From Methanosarcinales archaeon (GTDB taxonomy: Archaea > Halobacteriota > Methanosarcinia > Methanosarcinales > Methanogasteraceae): a DNA stretch of 57,190 nt. A program made the position numbers and the translations under genes. Below the pieces are notes generated by a model. It did not search any database, was not told where the DNA came from, and worked only from the letters and a program-made list of their open reading frames with translations. Of the stretch, positions 25,936 to 36,700 are shown in pieces. The DNA is taken from the NCBI GenBank assembly GCA_030604085.1, contig JAUVWP010000001.1, positions 1-57,190 of the forward strand, read 5' to 3'. Positions within the stretch are counted from its first letter, which is position 1. Each line of letters starts with the position of its first letter.

Positions 25936-27765
25936 ATGGATCCGATCCACATCTTTGCAGTCTTTGCGATAGTCCTTGCGGTGGGCATCATCGCACAGAT
26001 GGTCAGCAGACTCACACGGATGCCGAGCATCGTATTCTTGCTTGCGGCAGGGATACTGCTCGGACCGGAATGCGCTGGATTGATCGATCCGTGGCTGTAT
26101 GGCGATGGCCTCAACTTGATCATCACATTTGCTGTGGTGATCATCGTATTCGACGGCGGCATCAACGTCGATCTCAGGCACATCCGCAGGGTCTCGGGGA
26201 GTGTCCTTGCGCTGATCAGCATCGGCGTACTGATCACCATGATCGGCGGCGCTGTTGCAGCTCATGAACTGGTAGGGCTTGACTGGGAGTTTGCGCTCCT
26301 CTTCGGTGCACTGGCGGCGGCGACAGATCCAACCGTCATTGTGCCGTTGATGAAGGCGATACGGGTGAATAACAGGGTGCGCAGCATTCTGGAGGTCGAG
26401 GGCATATTTAACGATGCAGTCAGTATAATTCTTGCTGCCCTTATTTTTGAATGGATCGTGACACCGTACCCGCACCCGGGATACGGGATTGCCATGTTCC
26501 TCATGAGGATTGCGATCGGTGGGGCAGTCGGGCTGGCTGGCGGGCTATTGTGCGTATTTGCACTGCCCAGGATCCATGCCATCACCAATGAACTGCTGAA
26601 CATCACCACGGTCTCCTTTGTTCTGATCACATACACGGTTGCAGAACTAATCTTAAACGAGACCGGAATCTTTGCGGTGGCGGTTGCCGCAATATGCGTA
26701 GGCGCGTCAGATATACCGAACAAAAAGGAGATACAGGAGTTTAAAAGCGATTTATCGATCATTCTGCTATCGATAATCTTTGTTCTTCTTGCTGCAATGT
26801 TAAACTTTGACAGCATCCGGTCCATCGGGATAAACGGTGTACTTGTTGCTGCCGCCCTGATCTTCATCGTGAGACCGGTTGCAGTCTTTGCATCGACAGC
26901 GCATTCGAGACTGCGGTGGAAGGAACGATTGTTCATATCAGCGATAGGACCCAGGGGGGTTGTGCCTGCAGCGATGGCGACATACTTCGCGATCGAACTT
27001 GCTGATGCAGACGCGGGCAGTACCATCATGGGTCTTGTATTTATATGCATTATCATCACAGTAACATTGACTGGCATATCTGCCAGACCCGTTGCAAGAG
27101 CACTTGGGGTGATACCAATGGAGATACTAATTGTCGGAGGCGGTGATGTCGGATGCACGCTCGCACACCGCCTGATCAGGAGGGGCGAGAACGTGGTTGT
27201 GGTCGATAAGGATCCTGAAAACTGCCGGCGCGTGGAGGAACTCGGGGTGCCTGCGGTAGAGGGGGATGCCGGGGACGTGGCAGTCCTTACGAAGGCAGGC
27301 ATCAAAAACGCCAGATATCTTGTCGCGACCACCGATCAGGACGGTGTGAACCTGCTCGTCTGTCAGGTCGCAAAGAACAAGTTCGGGTTCGGGGAGAACA
27401 AACTCGTCGCGCGGGTTAACGACCCGAAGAACCTGTCCACATTCCGTGATCTCGGTATCAGGTCGATGAGCCCGATCACGTCGGCAGCCTCGATTCTGGA
27501 TAATCTGATCACACACCCGAGTCTATTCTCGATGTACGAACTCGGCGAACGAGGCGATATCATCGAGGTACCGATTGCCAGTCCCGAGATGATCGGAACG
27601 CCGGTGAGAGATCTCCAGCTTCCTACTGACGTCCTGATCGTGCTGGTTCGGAGGGGCGATGCAATGCTGATCCCACACGGTGATCTGGTCATCGAGAGCG
27701 GCGATCTGGTCACGTTCATGGGCGCGAGGGATGCTGTTAGAAAGGCGGTCGATATGTACTGGTAG
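25936..27765 (+). CDS. Cation:proton antiporter (CPA1/2, NhaP/Kef-like) fused to C-terminal TrkA-N and TrkA-C (RCK) domains
   Basis: The ATG at 25936 opens MDPIHIFAVFAIVLAVGIIAQMVSRLTRMPSIVFLLAAGILLGPE. About 12 TM segments follow. The Rossmann motif is ILIVGGGDVGCTLAHRLIRRGENVVVVDKD, and the TrkA-C domain contains GTPVRDLQLPTDVLIVLVRRG. Confidence 0.85.
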   Translation: MDPIHIFAVFAIVLAVGIIAQMVSRLTRMPSIVFLLAAGILLGPECAGLIDPWLYGDGLNLIITFAVVIIVFDGGINVDLRHIRRVSGSVLALISIGVLITMIGGAVAAHELVGLDWEFALLFGALAAATDPTVIVPLMKAIRVNNRVRSILEVEGIFNDAVSIILAALIFEWIVTPYPHPGYGIAMFLMRIAIGGAVGLAGGLLCVFALPRIHAITNELLNITTVSFVLITYTVAELILNETGIFAVAVAAICVGASDIPNKKEIQEFKSDLSIILLSIIFVLLAAMLNFDSIRSIGINGVLVAAALIFIVRPVAVFASTAHSRLRWKERLFISAIGPRGVVPAAMATYFAIELADADAGSTIMGLVFICIIITVTLTGISARPVARALGVIPMEILIVGGGDVGCTLAHRLIRRGENVVVVDKDPENCRRVEELGVPAVEGDAGDVAVLTKAGIKNARYLVATTDQDGVNLLVCQVAKNKFGFGENKLVARVNDPKNLSTFRDLGIRSMSPITSAASILDNLITHPSLFSMYELGERGDIIEVPIASPEMIGTPVRDLQLPTDVLIVLVRRGDAMLIPHGDLVIESGDLVTFMGARDAVRKAVDMYW

Positions 27766-27801
27766 GGGCGTAGTAGAGATGTGACGCGCCTGAATCATGC
27801 A

Positions 27802-28323
27802 TCAGGTCTGCTCAATGACCATTTTTCCCTTCCTCATCGGGACGATCTCGCGTCTGACACCATCAAACGTCCTTGCAAGTTCGCGCCCATCCTGTAAGTG
27901 GTCGAGAAGCAGTGCCAGCGCAGCCACCTCTGAATGGGGCTGGCTTCCTGCCGCAACATTCAGATCCGCGAGATCGTAGATGGCTGGAGGTACTTTTTCA
28001 GCGCCGACGATGATCATGAGATCGCGGTTTTGCATCTCAGAGGTCACATCAGGCAGATTCAAGCCGTACATCGTGAGGTGCACAACCATGCCGCCCTGCT
28101 CCTTCCACTGCTTGATCGCCTCCCTCCAGTTGACACCAATCTCGACAAAGAAGTCCCCGCCCCATGCCCGTGTCACGTCATCGATGCTCTCCTTGATCTT
28201 CGGGTCATCTGCTGCAAGTAGCATCCCGGAAGCGCCAAGCGCACGCGCTGTCAAGCCCACATGCGTGGTTATGCGCTTGTCCCGCACCGGGCGGTGTCCG
28301 ATCCGCAGTACAACGAGTTTCAT
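27802..28323 (-). CDS. tRNA (cytidine56-2'-O)-methyltransferase aTrm56 (SPOUT)
   Basis: MKLVVLRIGHRPVRDKRITTHVGLTARALGASGMLLAA...MIIVGAEKVP...NVAAGSQPHSEVAALALLLD is the aTrm56 family pattern. Confidence 0.82.
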   Translation of the reverse strand: MKLVVLRIGHRPVRDKRITTHVGLTARALGASGMLLAADDPKIKESIDDVTRAWGGDFFVEIGVNWREAIKQWKEQGGMVVHLTMYGLNLPDVTSEMQNRDLMIIVGAEKVPPAIYDLADLNVAAGSQPHSEVAALALLLDHLQDGRELARTFDGVRREIVPMRKGKMVIEQT

Positions 28324-28487
28324 GCGAGAATCTCTTTAATACGCGACTCACACGTTTTTATCTGCCGATCAGATTCCTCTTTCGTGATTGCGCTAATGAT
28401 TATGCCATGCGCATCCACCACCCCACCATAACTTAGATCGTGCACATTGCAGTCATATGGTTTGCCGACAACGTCTTTCGAATCCAT
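28320..28487 (-). CDS. Small ORF (55 aa) translationally coupled to aTrm56; unknown function
   Basis: It is below the track cutoff. The hand translation is MDSKDVVGKPYDCNVHDLSYGGVVDAHGIIISAITKEESDRQIKTCESRIKEILA*. Its TGA overlaps the aTrm56 ATG as ATGA. Confidence 0.35.
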   Translation of the reverse strand: MDSKDVVGKPYDCNVHDLSYGGVVDAHGIIISAITKEESDRQIKTCESRIKEILA

Positions 28488-28621
28488 CGCTACATACCTC
28501 TTATACTATGCAGTGCAGGTTATGCGATAAAAACCTTCACACAATACCGCCTCCGCCGCTTTAGGACGGTATAATCGAAAACTCCAGTGAAAACCTGATT
28601 TTTAGACAGTGCCTGGAAGTG

Positions 28622-29905
28622 CTAATCAAAGACGATCTGCACCGATTCGATTAAGTTTACCGCGTCAGAAAGTTCTGCCTTCAGGTCTTCGAGTTCTTCG
28701 CTTCGCATCTTTAGTTCTTCTCCCTGATTGACAAGGTCTTCGTTGATCTGAGCGATCTCCCTATTCTTCTCGGAAAGTTGTCCCTCAAGCGCGGTTTTCG
28801 TTTTCGATATGGTCAGGTCAGAGATCTGGTGCTCGACCTCATGTGTCTCGGACTTGAGGGTGTCGTATCGCTCCTTTTTCGGCGCGAATGAGTCCATTAT
28901 CTGATCGATCTGGTCAACGATCTTATCGCGTTTCTTATCCTTCAGTCCGAGCGCGCCGCTCTCGACTATCTGCAGCATCTCTCTCAGGAAATCGTTGACA
29001 TCAGCTACGTCCGCTGAAATCGGGTTTTCGAGGCACACATTCAGGAGTTCCTTCTGTTTCTTTGAAAGCGTGTACCTCCCACTCTCGCTCTGTTTTTTCA
29101 TCCGGTTTAGTGCTTTGTTAAGTGGAATAAACAGTTCTGTCACGTTACTTTCGATGTTATTCGCTTCCATCCCTCTTTCTTTCAACCTACCTTCAAGTTC
29201 AACAAAAGAACTCCATTCTTTGCTCTGTGACAGTTGCTCCAGTTTGGCGGTGCAATCGCTTATCTCACGCTTTATTTCATCTATTTTAGAATCGTTCTTC
29301 TTTATATTTGAGTTACCGGAAACTACATCTCTTTTTATATCATCTATTCGCTGTATAGTCCCTGTTATCTCATCAAAACCCTTTATTTTCGCGCCTTCCC
29401 GGTCAAGCAAATCTCTGAGTTTTGCTAATGATATTTTTATATTTCTGAGATCAGTGAATACCGCGCCAACCTCCTTTGGAAACAGGTATTTGGCACGATG
29501 GTGGCTCTTTGCAGACTTCTCGATTGTGGAGTCAAGAACGATATCGACAGACCTGCAAAATTCCATGATATCAGGATAATCCATCGCCGGGGTGCTGATT
29601 CTATCGATCATCACATTGATCTGCTTGATCATGCTATCGCGGGCTGCAAGCCCCACCCTGAGTACGCGGGACGGTAACTCTGGCGGATCTGCAGCTTCGA
29701 GGGTCTTGATATCGCGAATCAGTTCTTCTTTTGTCGCCTCGATCTCTGCGAATATCTGTGCGGCGGATTCGAAGAACCCTCCGAGTTCTGCTCTTGTCCG
29801 GTCTGAAACCCAGCCCTTAAGATCGTGGAACGCGACCGTATCGGCTGTACGAGGTTTCTGTTGGTTCTGCTTCCCGAGAATTTTATTTAGCCATTTCACT
29901 GCCAT
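28622..29905 (-). CDS. Coiled-coil protein of unknown function
   Basis: 427 aa, rich in K/E/D/L/I heptad-like segments throughout (e.g. IDEIKREISDCTAKLEQLSQSKE and NREIAQINEDLVNQGEELKMRSEELEDLKAELSD). I saw no Walker motif and no TM segment. Confidence 0.6.
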   Translation of the reverse strand: MAVKWLNKILGKQNQQKPRTADTVAFHDLKGWVSDRTRAELGGFFESAAQIFAEIEATKEELIRDIKTLEAADPPELPSRVLRVGLAARDSMIKQINVMIDRISTPAMDYPDIMEFCRSVDIVLDSTIEKSAKSHHRAKYLFPKEVGAVFTDLRNIKISLAKLRDLLDREGAKIKGFDEITGTIQRIDDIKRDVVSGNSNIKKNDSKIDEIKREISDCTAKLEQLSQSKEWSSFVELEGRLKERGMEANNIESNVTELFIPLNKALNRMKKQSESGRYTLSKKQKELLNVCLENPISADVADVNDFLREMLQIVESGALGLKDKKRDKIVDQIDQIMDSFAPKKERYDTLKSETHEVEHQISDLTISKTKTALEGQLSEKNREIAQINEDLVNQGEELKMRSEELEDLKAELSDAVNLIESVQIVFD

Positions 29906-30043
29906 CCCGCCTGTCCTATAGTTTCGAATGGTATCGGTTATGTCGTTTCTATATTATAGGTACTACCTGAGGAGCTTGCCAGCCCTGCCATCCCAATACA
30001 TCTGGCAGAAATTTAATGTACCAGCGCCTCAATAACGAAACGC

Positions 30044-31699
30044 ATGGAACTGAGAAGCGACCGCATCAAAAAAGGGCTTGCGCGGGCTCCCCACCGCGCA
30101 CTGCTCAGGGCAACAGGCGTTACAGACTTTGAGATGGATAAGCCGTTTATTGCAGTGGTGAATTCCTGGAACGAGATCATCCCGGGTCATATTCATCTCG
30201 ATAAGATCAGTGAAGCAGTGAAAGCCGGTATACGGATGGCTGGAGGCGTGCCGTTCGAATTCAGCACCATCGGGATATGCGACGGCATAGCAATGAACCA
30301 CGAAGGCATGAGATACCCGATGCCGTCGAGAGAACTGATCGCAGACTCGATCGAGATCATGGTGCGTGCGCATGCGTTTGATGGGATGGTGCTGATACCG
30401 TCCTGCGACAAGATTGTGCCAGGGCATCTGATGGCGGCGGGACGTCTCGACCTGCCAGCGATCGCGGTCACTGGGGGACCGATGCTTCCCGGTTTTGTTG
30501 GCGACCAGTGGAAGGACCTGATCTCTGTATTCGAGGCGGTCGGAGAGTCACGGGACGACATCCGCGACCTCGAGGGTGTAGCGTGCCCGGGCGCGGGATC
30601 GTGTTCAGGGCTCTTTACAGCAAACACGATGGCATGCATGACCGAAGCGCTCGGCTTGAGTCTGCCCGGCTGCGCAACCGCTCACGCGATCGATGCAAAG
30701 AAGATTCACATCGCAAAGGACTCAGGAAGGCAGATCCTCGAACTGGTGCGCCGCAACATCACAGCACGCCAGATCGTCACGGAAAAGTCATTTGACAACG
30801 CGGTCGCCGTCGATATGGCGATCGGAGGCAGCACAAACACAGCACTCCACTTGCCAGCGATCGCGCACGATTTCGGTATCACGCTTCCGCTTTCACGGTT
30901 AGACGAACTGAGCCGGACCACACCCCACCTCATCAATCTGCGCCCGGGCGGAGAGCATTTTATGATCGATTTCGACAGGGCAGGCGGCATCTATGCGATC
31001 ATTGAGCGACTCCAGCAGAGTCCGGGAATCGATCTCGGTGCGCTCACTGTGACCACCGACACGATCGGCGAGAATCTGAAGGACATGGTGATCGTAAATC
31101 CCGAGACGAACAGATTGGTCATCGCAACCGTGGACGCGCCCAAGCACCCGGAGGGCGGGATCGCGGTCCTTTACGGGACGCTTGCGCCGCAGGGATCTGT
31201 TGTCAAGCAGACCGCAGTCGACGAAAAGATTCTCAGACACTCGGGACCTGCAAAGGTCTTTGAGAATGAAGAGGATGCGATGGAAGCGATCATGGATAAA
31301 AAGATTGTGTCCGGAGACGTGGTCGTTGTTCGGTACGAGGGTCCGAAGGGCGGTCCAGGGATGCGTGAGATGCTCTCCCCGACATCAGCGATTGCAGGCA
31401 TGGGGCTTATCGATTCGGTTGCTTTGATAACAGACGGCAGGTTCTCTGGCGGGACACGCGGACCCTGCATCGGGCACGTATCGCCAGAGGCAGCAGTCGG
31501 TGGGACGATCGCCTTTGTAGAGGACGGCGATACGATCGAGATCGATATCCCGAACCGGAGACTGGACCTCATGGTCGATCAGGACGAACTTGACAAGCGG
31601 AAAAAGGCGTGGAAACCGCCTGAGTCGAAGTTAAGCGGCGTGCTGGAACGGTACCAGCGGATGGTCGGAGACGCGAGCGAGGGAAGCGTGATCAGTTAG
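30044..31699 (+). CDS. ilvD: Dihydroxy-acid dehydratase
   Basis: 551 aa. [25 protein letters not shown]..., [28 protein letters not shown] and [21 protein letters not shown] are classic IlvD motifs. Confidence 0.93.
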   Translation: MELRSDRIKKGLARAPHRALLRATGVTDFEMDKPFIAVVNSWNEIIPGHIHLDKISEAVKAGIRMAGGVPFEFSTIGICDGIAMNHEGMRYPMPSRELIADSIEIMVRAHAFDGMVLIPSCDKIVPGHLMAAGRLDLPAIAVTGGPMLPGFVGDQWKDLISVFEAVGESRDDIRDLEGVACPGAGSCSGLFTANTMACMTEALGLSLPGCATAHAIDAKKIHIAKDSGRQILELVRRNITARQIVTEKSFDNAVAVDMAIGGSTNTALHLPAIAHDFGITLPLSRLDELSRTTPHLINLRPGGEHFMIDFDRAGGIYAIIERLQQSPGIDLGALTVTTDTIGENLKDMVIVNPETNRLVIATVDAPKHPEGGIAVLYGTLAPQGSVVKQTAVDEKILRHSGPAKVFENEEDAMEAIMDKKIVSGDVVVVRYEGPKGGPGMREMLSPTSAIAGMGLIDSVALITDGRFSGGTRGPCIGHVSPEAAVGGTIAFVEDGDTIEIDIPNRRLDLMVDQDELDKRKKAWKPPESKLSGVLERYQRMVGDASEGSVIS

Positions 31700-31926
31700 T
31701 CTGTTTCGAGTACCACGCGTTGAAAAATCAGAGATATGGCGGAGGGGCTGAGCACGAATATTCGCTGACTTTTGCAGCCCCCCCGATCGAAGTTGCAGAA
31801 TATAGTGTTTCTGAAAAGACTATAATTGACCACTCCTCAAAACCAAAACTGAAAACTGACGCTAACCAGAACCGTCTACGGGATACCGGAAGCAAGAACG
31901 ATTATCGGCACGTCTGCCCCCCGCTC

Positions 31927-32157
31927 CTACCTGCCGCCGACCGTCTCTATCTTATACGTGACATCAAGCCCATTCAGCGTCAACTGGACTCGATCCCCGA
32001 TCTGTAGAATGTCGTCGATGCCTGCATTTGCGCCCCAGTCATAGACATAGTCATGTGCGCCCTGCATTGCTCGAAATCCCATAGCGGTTAGTCGCTTGTT
32101 CACTTCAGAGGGTTTGCCACCCTCGCTGTGAAACCATATAACGAGATAACTTTTCAT
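31927..32157 (-). CDS. Small conserved-looking protein (76 aa), unknown function, immediately downstream of mmp10
   Basis: MKSYLVIWFHSEGGKPSEVNKRLTAMGFRAMQGAHDYVYDW... There is a 41-nt gap after the mmp10 stop and the gene is on the same strand. I do not recognise the family. Confidence 0.45.
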   Translation of the reverse strand: MKSYLVIWFHSEGGKPSEVNKRLTAMGFRAMQGAHDYVYDWGANAGIDDILQIGDRVQLTLNGLDVTYKIETVGGR

Positions 32158-32198
32158 TGTGCATCACCTTCTATTACCCCATCAACCGGGACTTGTTA

Positions 32199-33440
32199 TT
32201 ATGTTTTTGGTTGTTCCGGCGGAAGTCCGATCGCATTGATGTGATCGATCAACTCGCTGAATGCAGAGATCTCAAACTGTATAACCTCTTCTTTCGTCAT
32301 GCTGATGCTCATCTCGCCGTCAACGGTCAGCCGATCCGGACCCCGGCGTATAAGCCGGTCCACGCCATCGCGTGAGAGCACTTCCTTAAGTTCGGTATCG
32401 TGCACGAACGCCCTGCCCGGTATGAAGACGGTCTCCTTGACCGTGCTCAAGTCAAGTGCCTTTATGTCATCGATCGTTATCAGGCAGCCGATGTCCTTGT
32501 TGACTCCGACCACATTCACATAATCGTTCCTAAACTGCAAGACTTTCTCGAGGCGCGGCTTTGCGATGCTGCTCGTAAGAACGGTCGCCCCCTTCACGAT
32601 TCCTGGCAGTTGTGAGAGCGCATCCGTATCGTTCCTGATCGCAAACGGCGACCCAATGAGCGGATCCTCAAGCGGCGTTCCCGTAACCCTGAACGAGTGG
32701 TCGTCTGCTGCCTTACGCACGATCGCTAAGAACTCAACGATTGTGTGCGTCGGCACATCCATGATCGGCGCATTTCCAAGAATCAAGCCCTGATGCGCGC
32801 TATTTGCAAACCTCATCAGGAGAACGCCGGTAACACCCATCTCTTCGAGATCGGAGAGCGTCTTTTCAAGTTCGTCCCCGTCATTCACCCCCGGGACGAG
32901 AACGATCGCTGCATAGACTGTGCAGCATTCGGCAAACCGACGCAGCATAGAGAGTGATGTTTCAGGGGTCTTATCCCCCATGTATTTCTTTCGAAGCGCA
33001 GGATCTGTAGAGAAAACCGTGAATGACACCTCATCGACGCCCCGATCTATGAAATAATCCGCTTCGTCTGGCTGATCGAATCCTTTTCCGCTCGTGTATC
33101 CGAGATTGATCGGAACATTGTAAAAAGAGAGCGCATCGACCAGTTCATAGAGGTCAGGGTAGCAACTGAGATCGCCGCCGCCGCTGATCGTGATTCTATC
33201 GACCTCCTGATCCGCAAACTGCATCGACCGGTTCACTTCGCTTATAACGAGTCGGAACGGCTTAAATCCAGCATAAGCTTCCCTCACAGCATTTGTGCAG
33301 TATTCACATCCTTTCTGGAATGGAAAACAGTTTTTACATCCGAACGGCTCGATCTCTCCGACTCCCTTGAAGTAGCAGTACCTGCAGAAGCCCATGCAAT
33401 CGTGCCCGGGTCTTCCTCCGATGTCAGCGAGTATTTCCAT
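32199..33440 (-). CDS. mmp10: Methanogenesis marker protein 10 (Mmp10): radical SAM/cobalamin methyl-coenzyme M reductase arginine C-methyltransferase
   Basis: 413 aa. Supporting segments: [26 protein letters not shown] (CxxxCxxC), [61 protein letters not shown] and [10 protein letters not shown]. These match the Mmp10 family as I recall it. Confidence 0.78.
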   Translation of the reverse strand: MEILADIGGRPGHDCMGFCRYCYFKGVGEIEPFGCKNCFPFQKGCEYCTNAVREAYAGFKPFRLVISEVNRSMQFADQEVDRITISGGGDLSCYPDLYELVDALSFYNVPINLGYTSGKGFDQPDEADYFIDRGVDEVSFTVFSTDPALRKKYMGDKTPETSLSMLRRFAECCTVYAAIVLVPGVNDGDELEKTLSDLEEMGVTGVLLMRFANSAHQGLILGNAPIMDVPTHTIVEFLAIVRKAADDHSFRVTGTPLEDPLIGSPFAIRNDTDALSQLPGIVKGATVLTSSIAKPRLEKVLQFRNDYVNVVGVNKDIGCLITIDDIKALDLSTVKETVFIPGRAFVHDTELKEVLSRDGVDRLIRRGPDRLTVDGEMSISMTKEEVIQFEISAFSELIDHINAIGLPPEQPKT

Positions 33441-33727
33441 ATTTAATCACATTCGTTGCCTGTATGTTACCTTGCCACTATGCGGACAAAGTACTTAATG
33501 ATCGTGATCGCTATTCCGCTGCACATACAGGATTTTTCGGACTGCTCAACCGCGCAACGATTCGTCCGGAATGTGAGCGCGCTTGGTGAAGCGGGCGGGG
33601 CGGATCTGATGGAGGTGTGCATGAAAGTCTTTGTATGAAAGCGCGGTCTACTTCATTCTCGTCGGCATCAGCAGTTTAAAACAGGAAGCAATACATTTAA
33701 AGGCAGAACATAGATTCATAACAGACC

Positions 33728-36505
33728 ATGTTCGAGCAGGAATATCAACTTTCATACTTCAGAGATGGTGGATTCATACGCAAGCAGTGCCCAAAGTGCG
33801 GCGGGTATTTCTGGACACGAAACGAGGAAAAGGAAACTTGCGGCGATGCACCATGCGATGAGTACACATTTATAGGCAGCCCAGCATTCTCAAAGGAATA
33901 CGATCTTACAGGGATGCGTGAGGCGTTTCTTTCATTTTTTGAGTCGAACGGCCATACACGAATCGACAGGTATCCGGTGATCGCACGGTGGCGTGATGAC
34001 ATCTACTTGACCATCGCATCAATAGCTGATTTCCAGCCGTTTGTCACATCAGGGATCGTGCCTCCGCCAGCAAACCCACTCTGCATCTCCCAGCCGTGCA
34101 TACGGCTCGATGATCTGGATTCGGTTGGCAGGAGCGGCAGGCATCTCACGAATTTTGAGATGATGGCGCATCACGCCTTCAACGGTCCCGATAAGGAGAT
34201 ATACTGGAAAGATGAGACTGTGGAGTACTGTGACCGCCTGCTATCTGATCTCGGGATCGCCAGGGACATCACATACAAAGAGGAGCCATGGGCTGGCGGC
34301 GGGAACGCAGGTCCCTGCCTCGAGGTGCTCGTCGGCGGTCTCGAAATCGCAACCCTCGTATTCATGGATATGTGCGAGAGCGGCGATGGCGAGATCGAGA
34401 TCAAGGGAAAGCAGTACACTAAAATGGATAATTACATCGTTGACACCGGATACGGACTTGAACGGCTCGTGTGGGCATCGAAAGGATCTCCAACGATATA
34501 TGATGCGATATTTCCGGAAACCGTGAACAAAGTGATGGAACATGCCGGGATCGAGCACTCGCTGCAGGATCACGAGTATGCGAAGGTGCTTGCACAGAAT
34601 GCGCGGCTATCAGGGTTATTCGATCTCGACCTGACCACCGATCTCGAGAATCTTCGGAAAACTGTAGCAAAAGCGATCGGGATCAATGTTGAACGGCTGA
34701 AAGCGATCATAGAGCCGGTTGAGAAGGTGTACGCCATCGTGGATCACTCAAGGTGCCTTGCATTCATGCTCGGCGACGGGATCGTCCCGTCGAATGCGAA
34801 GGCAGGCTATCTCGCGAGACTGGTCATCAGAAGGATGCTTCGGCAGATGGACGCACTTAAACTCGATGTCCCAATCGCGGATCTGGTTGAGATGCAGTTA
34901 TCATCGATTGGCGATCCCGCGTACCTGCATCGGCTGGATACAGCGAGAGAGATCCTTGATCTTGAAGAGGAGAAGTATCGTCAGGTTATCTCGAAGGGCA
35001 GGCGGCTTCTTGCGCGTTCGGTCAAGAAGTTTGGAGATGCAGGAACGATACCGACATCGCAGCTCATTGAGTGGTACGACACGTACGGCATCCCGCCAGA
35101 GGTCACGAAGGAAGTGGCAGACAGCGAGAGCATCGGCATCGATCTTCCGGATAGTTTCTATTCGATGGTCGCAAGCACCCATGCCGCCGCACCGGCAGAG
35201 GTTTCCGAAACGCCATACACAGAGTATGCAGACCGGCTGAAATTCCTCCCGAATACGTTACGCCTATGCTATGATGAACCGTCCAGTATAACATTCGAGG
35301 CGGTGGTGCTCGATGTCTTCGATAACCAGGTCGTCCTTGACCAGACGTTATTTTATCCGGAAGGGGGAGGACAGCCAGCAGATCATGGAACGATCGCAGC
35401 GCCAGACCTTGTTCTGCGTGTGGTCGATGTACAGTCTGCAAACGGAATTATTCTGCACGAGGTCGACGAACCGGAAGATGACCTGACGTATCTGGTAAAG
35501 AAAGGCGATATCGTCAGTGGCACGATCGATTCAAAGCGGAGGTTCGCACATACCCAGCACCACACAGCCACGCACATCGTGAACCACTGCGCAAAGGTAG
35601 TCCTCGGCGATCATGTGTGGCAGACCGGCGCACAGAAATCGGAGACAAAAGCGCGTCTTGATATAACGCATTTCAAACGGATCACAGATGAGGAGTTTTC
35701 AAAGATCGAGCGGCTCGCAAACGAAGAGGTTGTGAAGAACCGGCGCGTCTATACCGAGTTGATGGACCGGATAGACGCCGAAAAGGAGTACGGATTTTCC
35801 CTGTATCAGGGCGGTGTTCCGCCGGGAAGCGATATCAGGGTAGTTCGGGTCGGCGGTGACGTGGAGGCGTGTGCCGGGACGCATCTCCGGTACACAGGCA
35901 TGATCGGGCAGATCAAACTGTTGCACACCGAGCGGATCCAGGACGGCGTCGAGCGGATCGAGTTCGCTGCAGGCAGCGCAGCAGTGCTTGCATCACAGGC
36001 GCGGGATAATATCCTGAAATCAGCGTGTTCCATCCTTCGGGTACCTCCTGAAAAACTCCCTGACACGGCAGACCGATTCTTTACCGAGTGGAAGGAACTT
36101 TCAAAGCAGAACACACGTCTAAAGGAGGAGCTTGCCGAAGCACTCGCGGGCAACATGGTTGCAGGCGCCAGATCGGCTGGCGATGTCAGGGTTGCATCAT
36201 ATATCAGCGCAGATGCAGACATGCAGGAACTGATCAAGATCGCTGGAGCTATGCGTGAGATTCCGGATATGATCGCACTCGTTGGCAGCACTCATGATGG
36301 CGGAAAGGTCGTGGTCTCGGTCGGCAAGGACGCACGGGCGAGCGGATTTGATGCGGGAGCGATCGTGCGCGATATCTGCAAAGAGATCGGCGGCAGCGGC
36401 GGCGGAAAGCCGGATCTTGCGCAGGGCGGCGGTCCTGATGCAGATAAGCTTCAGGAGGCGCTTGATACGAGGGTTGACTCGATCATGAAGCGCGGCGAGG
36501 GATAA
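33728..36505 (+). CDS. alaS: Alanine--tRNA ligase (archaeal type)
   Basis: 925 aa. The N-terminal zinc-like segment is KQCPKCGGYFWT...CGDAPC. Also seen: FEMMAHHAF, the editing-domain motifs HHTATHIVNH and CAGTHL, and a C-terminal DHHA1-like GGSGGGKPDLAQGG. Confidence 0.93.
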   Translation: MFEQEYQLSYFRDGGFIRKQCPKCGGYFWTRNEEKETCGDAPCDEYTFIGSPAFSKEYDLTGMREAFLSFFESNGHTRIDRYPVIARWRDDIYLTIASIADFQPFVTSGIVPPPANPLCISQPCIRLDDLDSVGRSGRHLTNFEMMAHHAFNGPDKEIYWKDETVEYCDRLLSDLGIARDITYKEEPWAGGGNAGPCLEVLVGGLEIATLVFMDMCESGDGEIEIKGKQYTKMDNYIVDTGYGLERLVWASKGSPTIYDAIFPETVNKVMEHAGIEHSLQDHEYAKVLAQNARLSGLFDLDLTTDLENLRKTVAKAIGINVERLKAIIEPVEKVYAIVDHSRCLAFMLGDGIVPSNAKAGYLARLVIRRMLRQMDALKLDVPIADLVEMQLSSIGDPAYLHRLDTAREILDLEEEKYRQVISKGRRLLARSVKKFGDAGTIPTSQLIEWYDTYGIPPEVTKEVADSESIGIDLPDSFYSMVASTHAAAPAEVSETPYTEYADRLKFLPNTLRLCYDEPSSITFEAVVLDVFDNQVVLDQTLFYPEGGGQPADHGTIAAPDLVLRVVDVQSANGIILHEVDEPEDDLTYLVKKGDIVSGTIDSKRRFAHTQHHTATHIVNHCAKVVLGDHVWQTGAQKSETKARLDITHFKRITDEEFSKIERLANEEVVKNRRVYTELMDRIDAEKEYGFSLYQGGVPPGSDIRVVRVGGDVEACAGTHLRYTGMIGQIKLLHTERIQDGVERIEFAAGSAAVLASQARDNILKSACSILRVPPEKLPDTADRFFTEWKELSKQNTRLKEELAEALAGNMVAGARSAGDVRVASYISADADMQELIKIAGAMREIPDMIALVGSTHDGGKVVVSVGKDARASGFDAGAIVRDICKEIGGSGGGKPDLAQGGGPDADKLQEALDTRVDSIMKRGEG

Positions 36506-36603
36506 GCGGGTCGGAAGGAGTGATCGGGGAGGGGGTTGGAAATGGCAGACGCTTCGGGGACGACAGGTTACCGGAAAATGCTAAAAAGTCTCGCACAGAA
36601 GGT

Positions 36604-36667
36604 TTTATATATGCTAAGTTCTGATTTACGATGGAGCGAGAAAACGCTCTTCCGCACCCGGGTGCGG
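36604..36667 (+). promoter_or_regulatory. Putative TATA box (ttttatatat, 36604-36613) and a perfect 16-nt palindrome CCGCACCCGGGTGCGG (36652-36667) in the leader of the chagasin-like gene
   Basis: The TATA-like box lies about 90 nt upstream of the ATG at 36701. The palindrome lies between the predicted transcription start and the SD GAGGAGGT (36686-36693). Confidence 0.4.
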
Positions 36668-36700
36668 TGTTTGGTAACTTAACCAGAGGAGGTAATTGAT

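Noticed and set aside
26262-27332. Very long antisense ORFs: 26262..27332 (356 aa), 25753..26475, 48743..49558 (271 aa), 49938..51119 (393 aa), 46562..47059, 16349..16810.
   Set aside because: Each lies entirely opposite a gene with strong family signatures (CPA antiporter, FwdB-like, CoaBC, RibD-like reductase, LeuC). Their products are low-complexity and rich in Ser/Arg/Pro/Ala, as expected for shadow frames in moderately GC-rich DNA.
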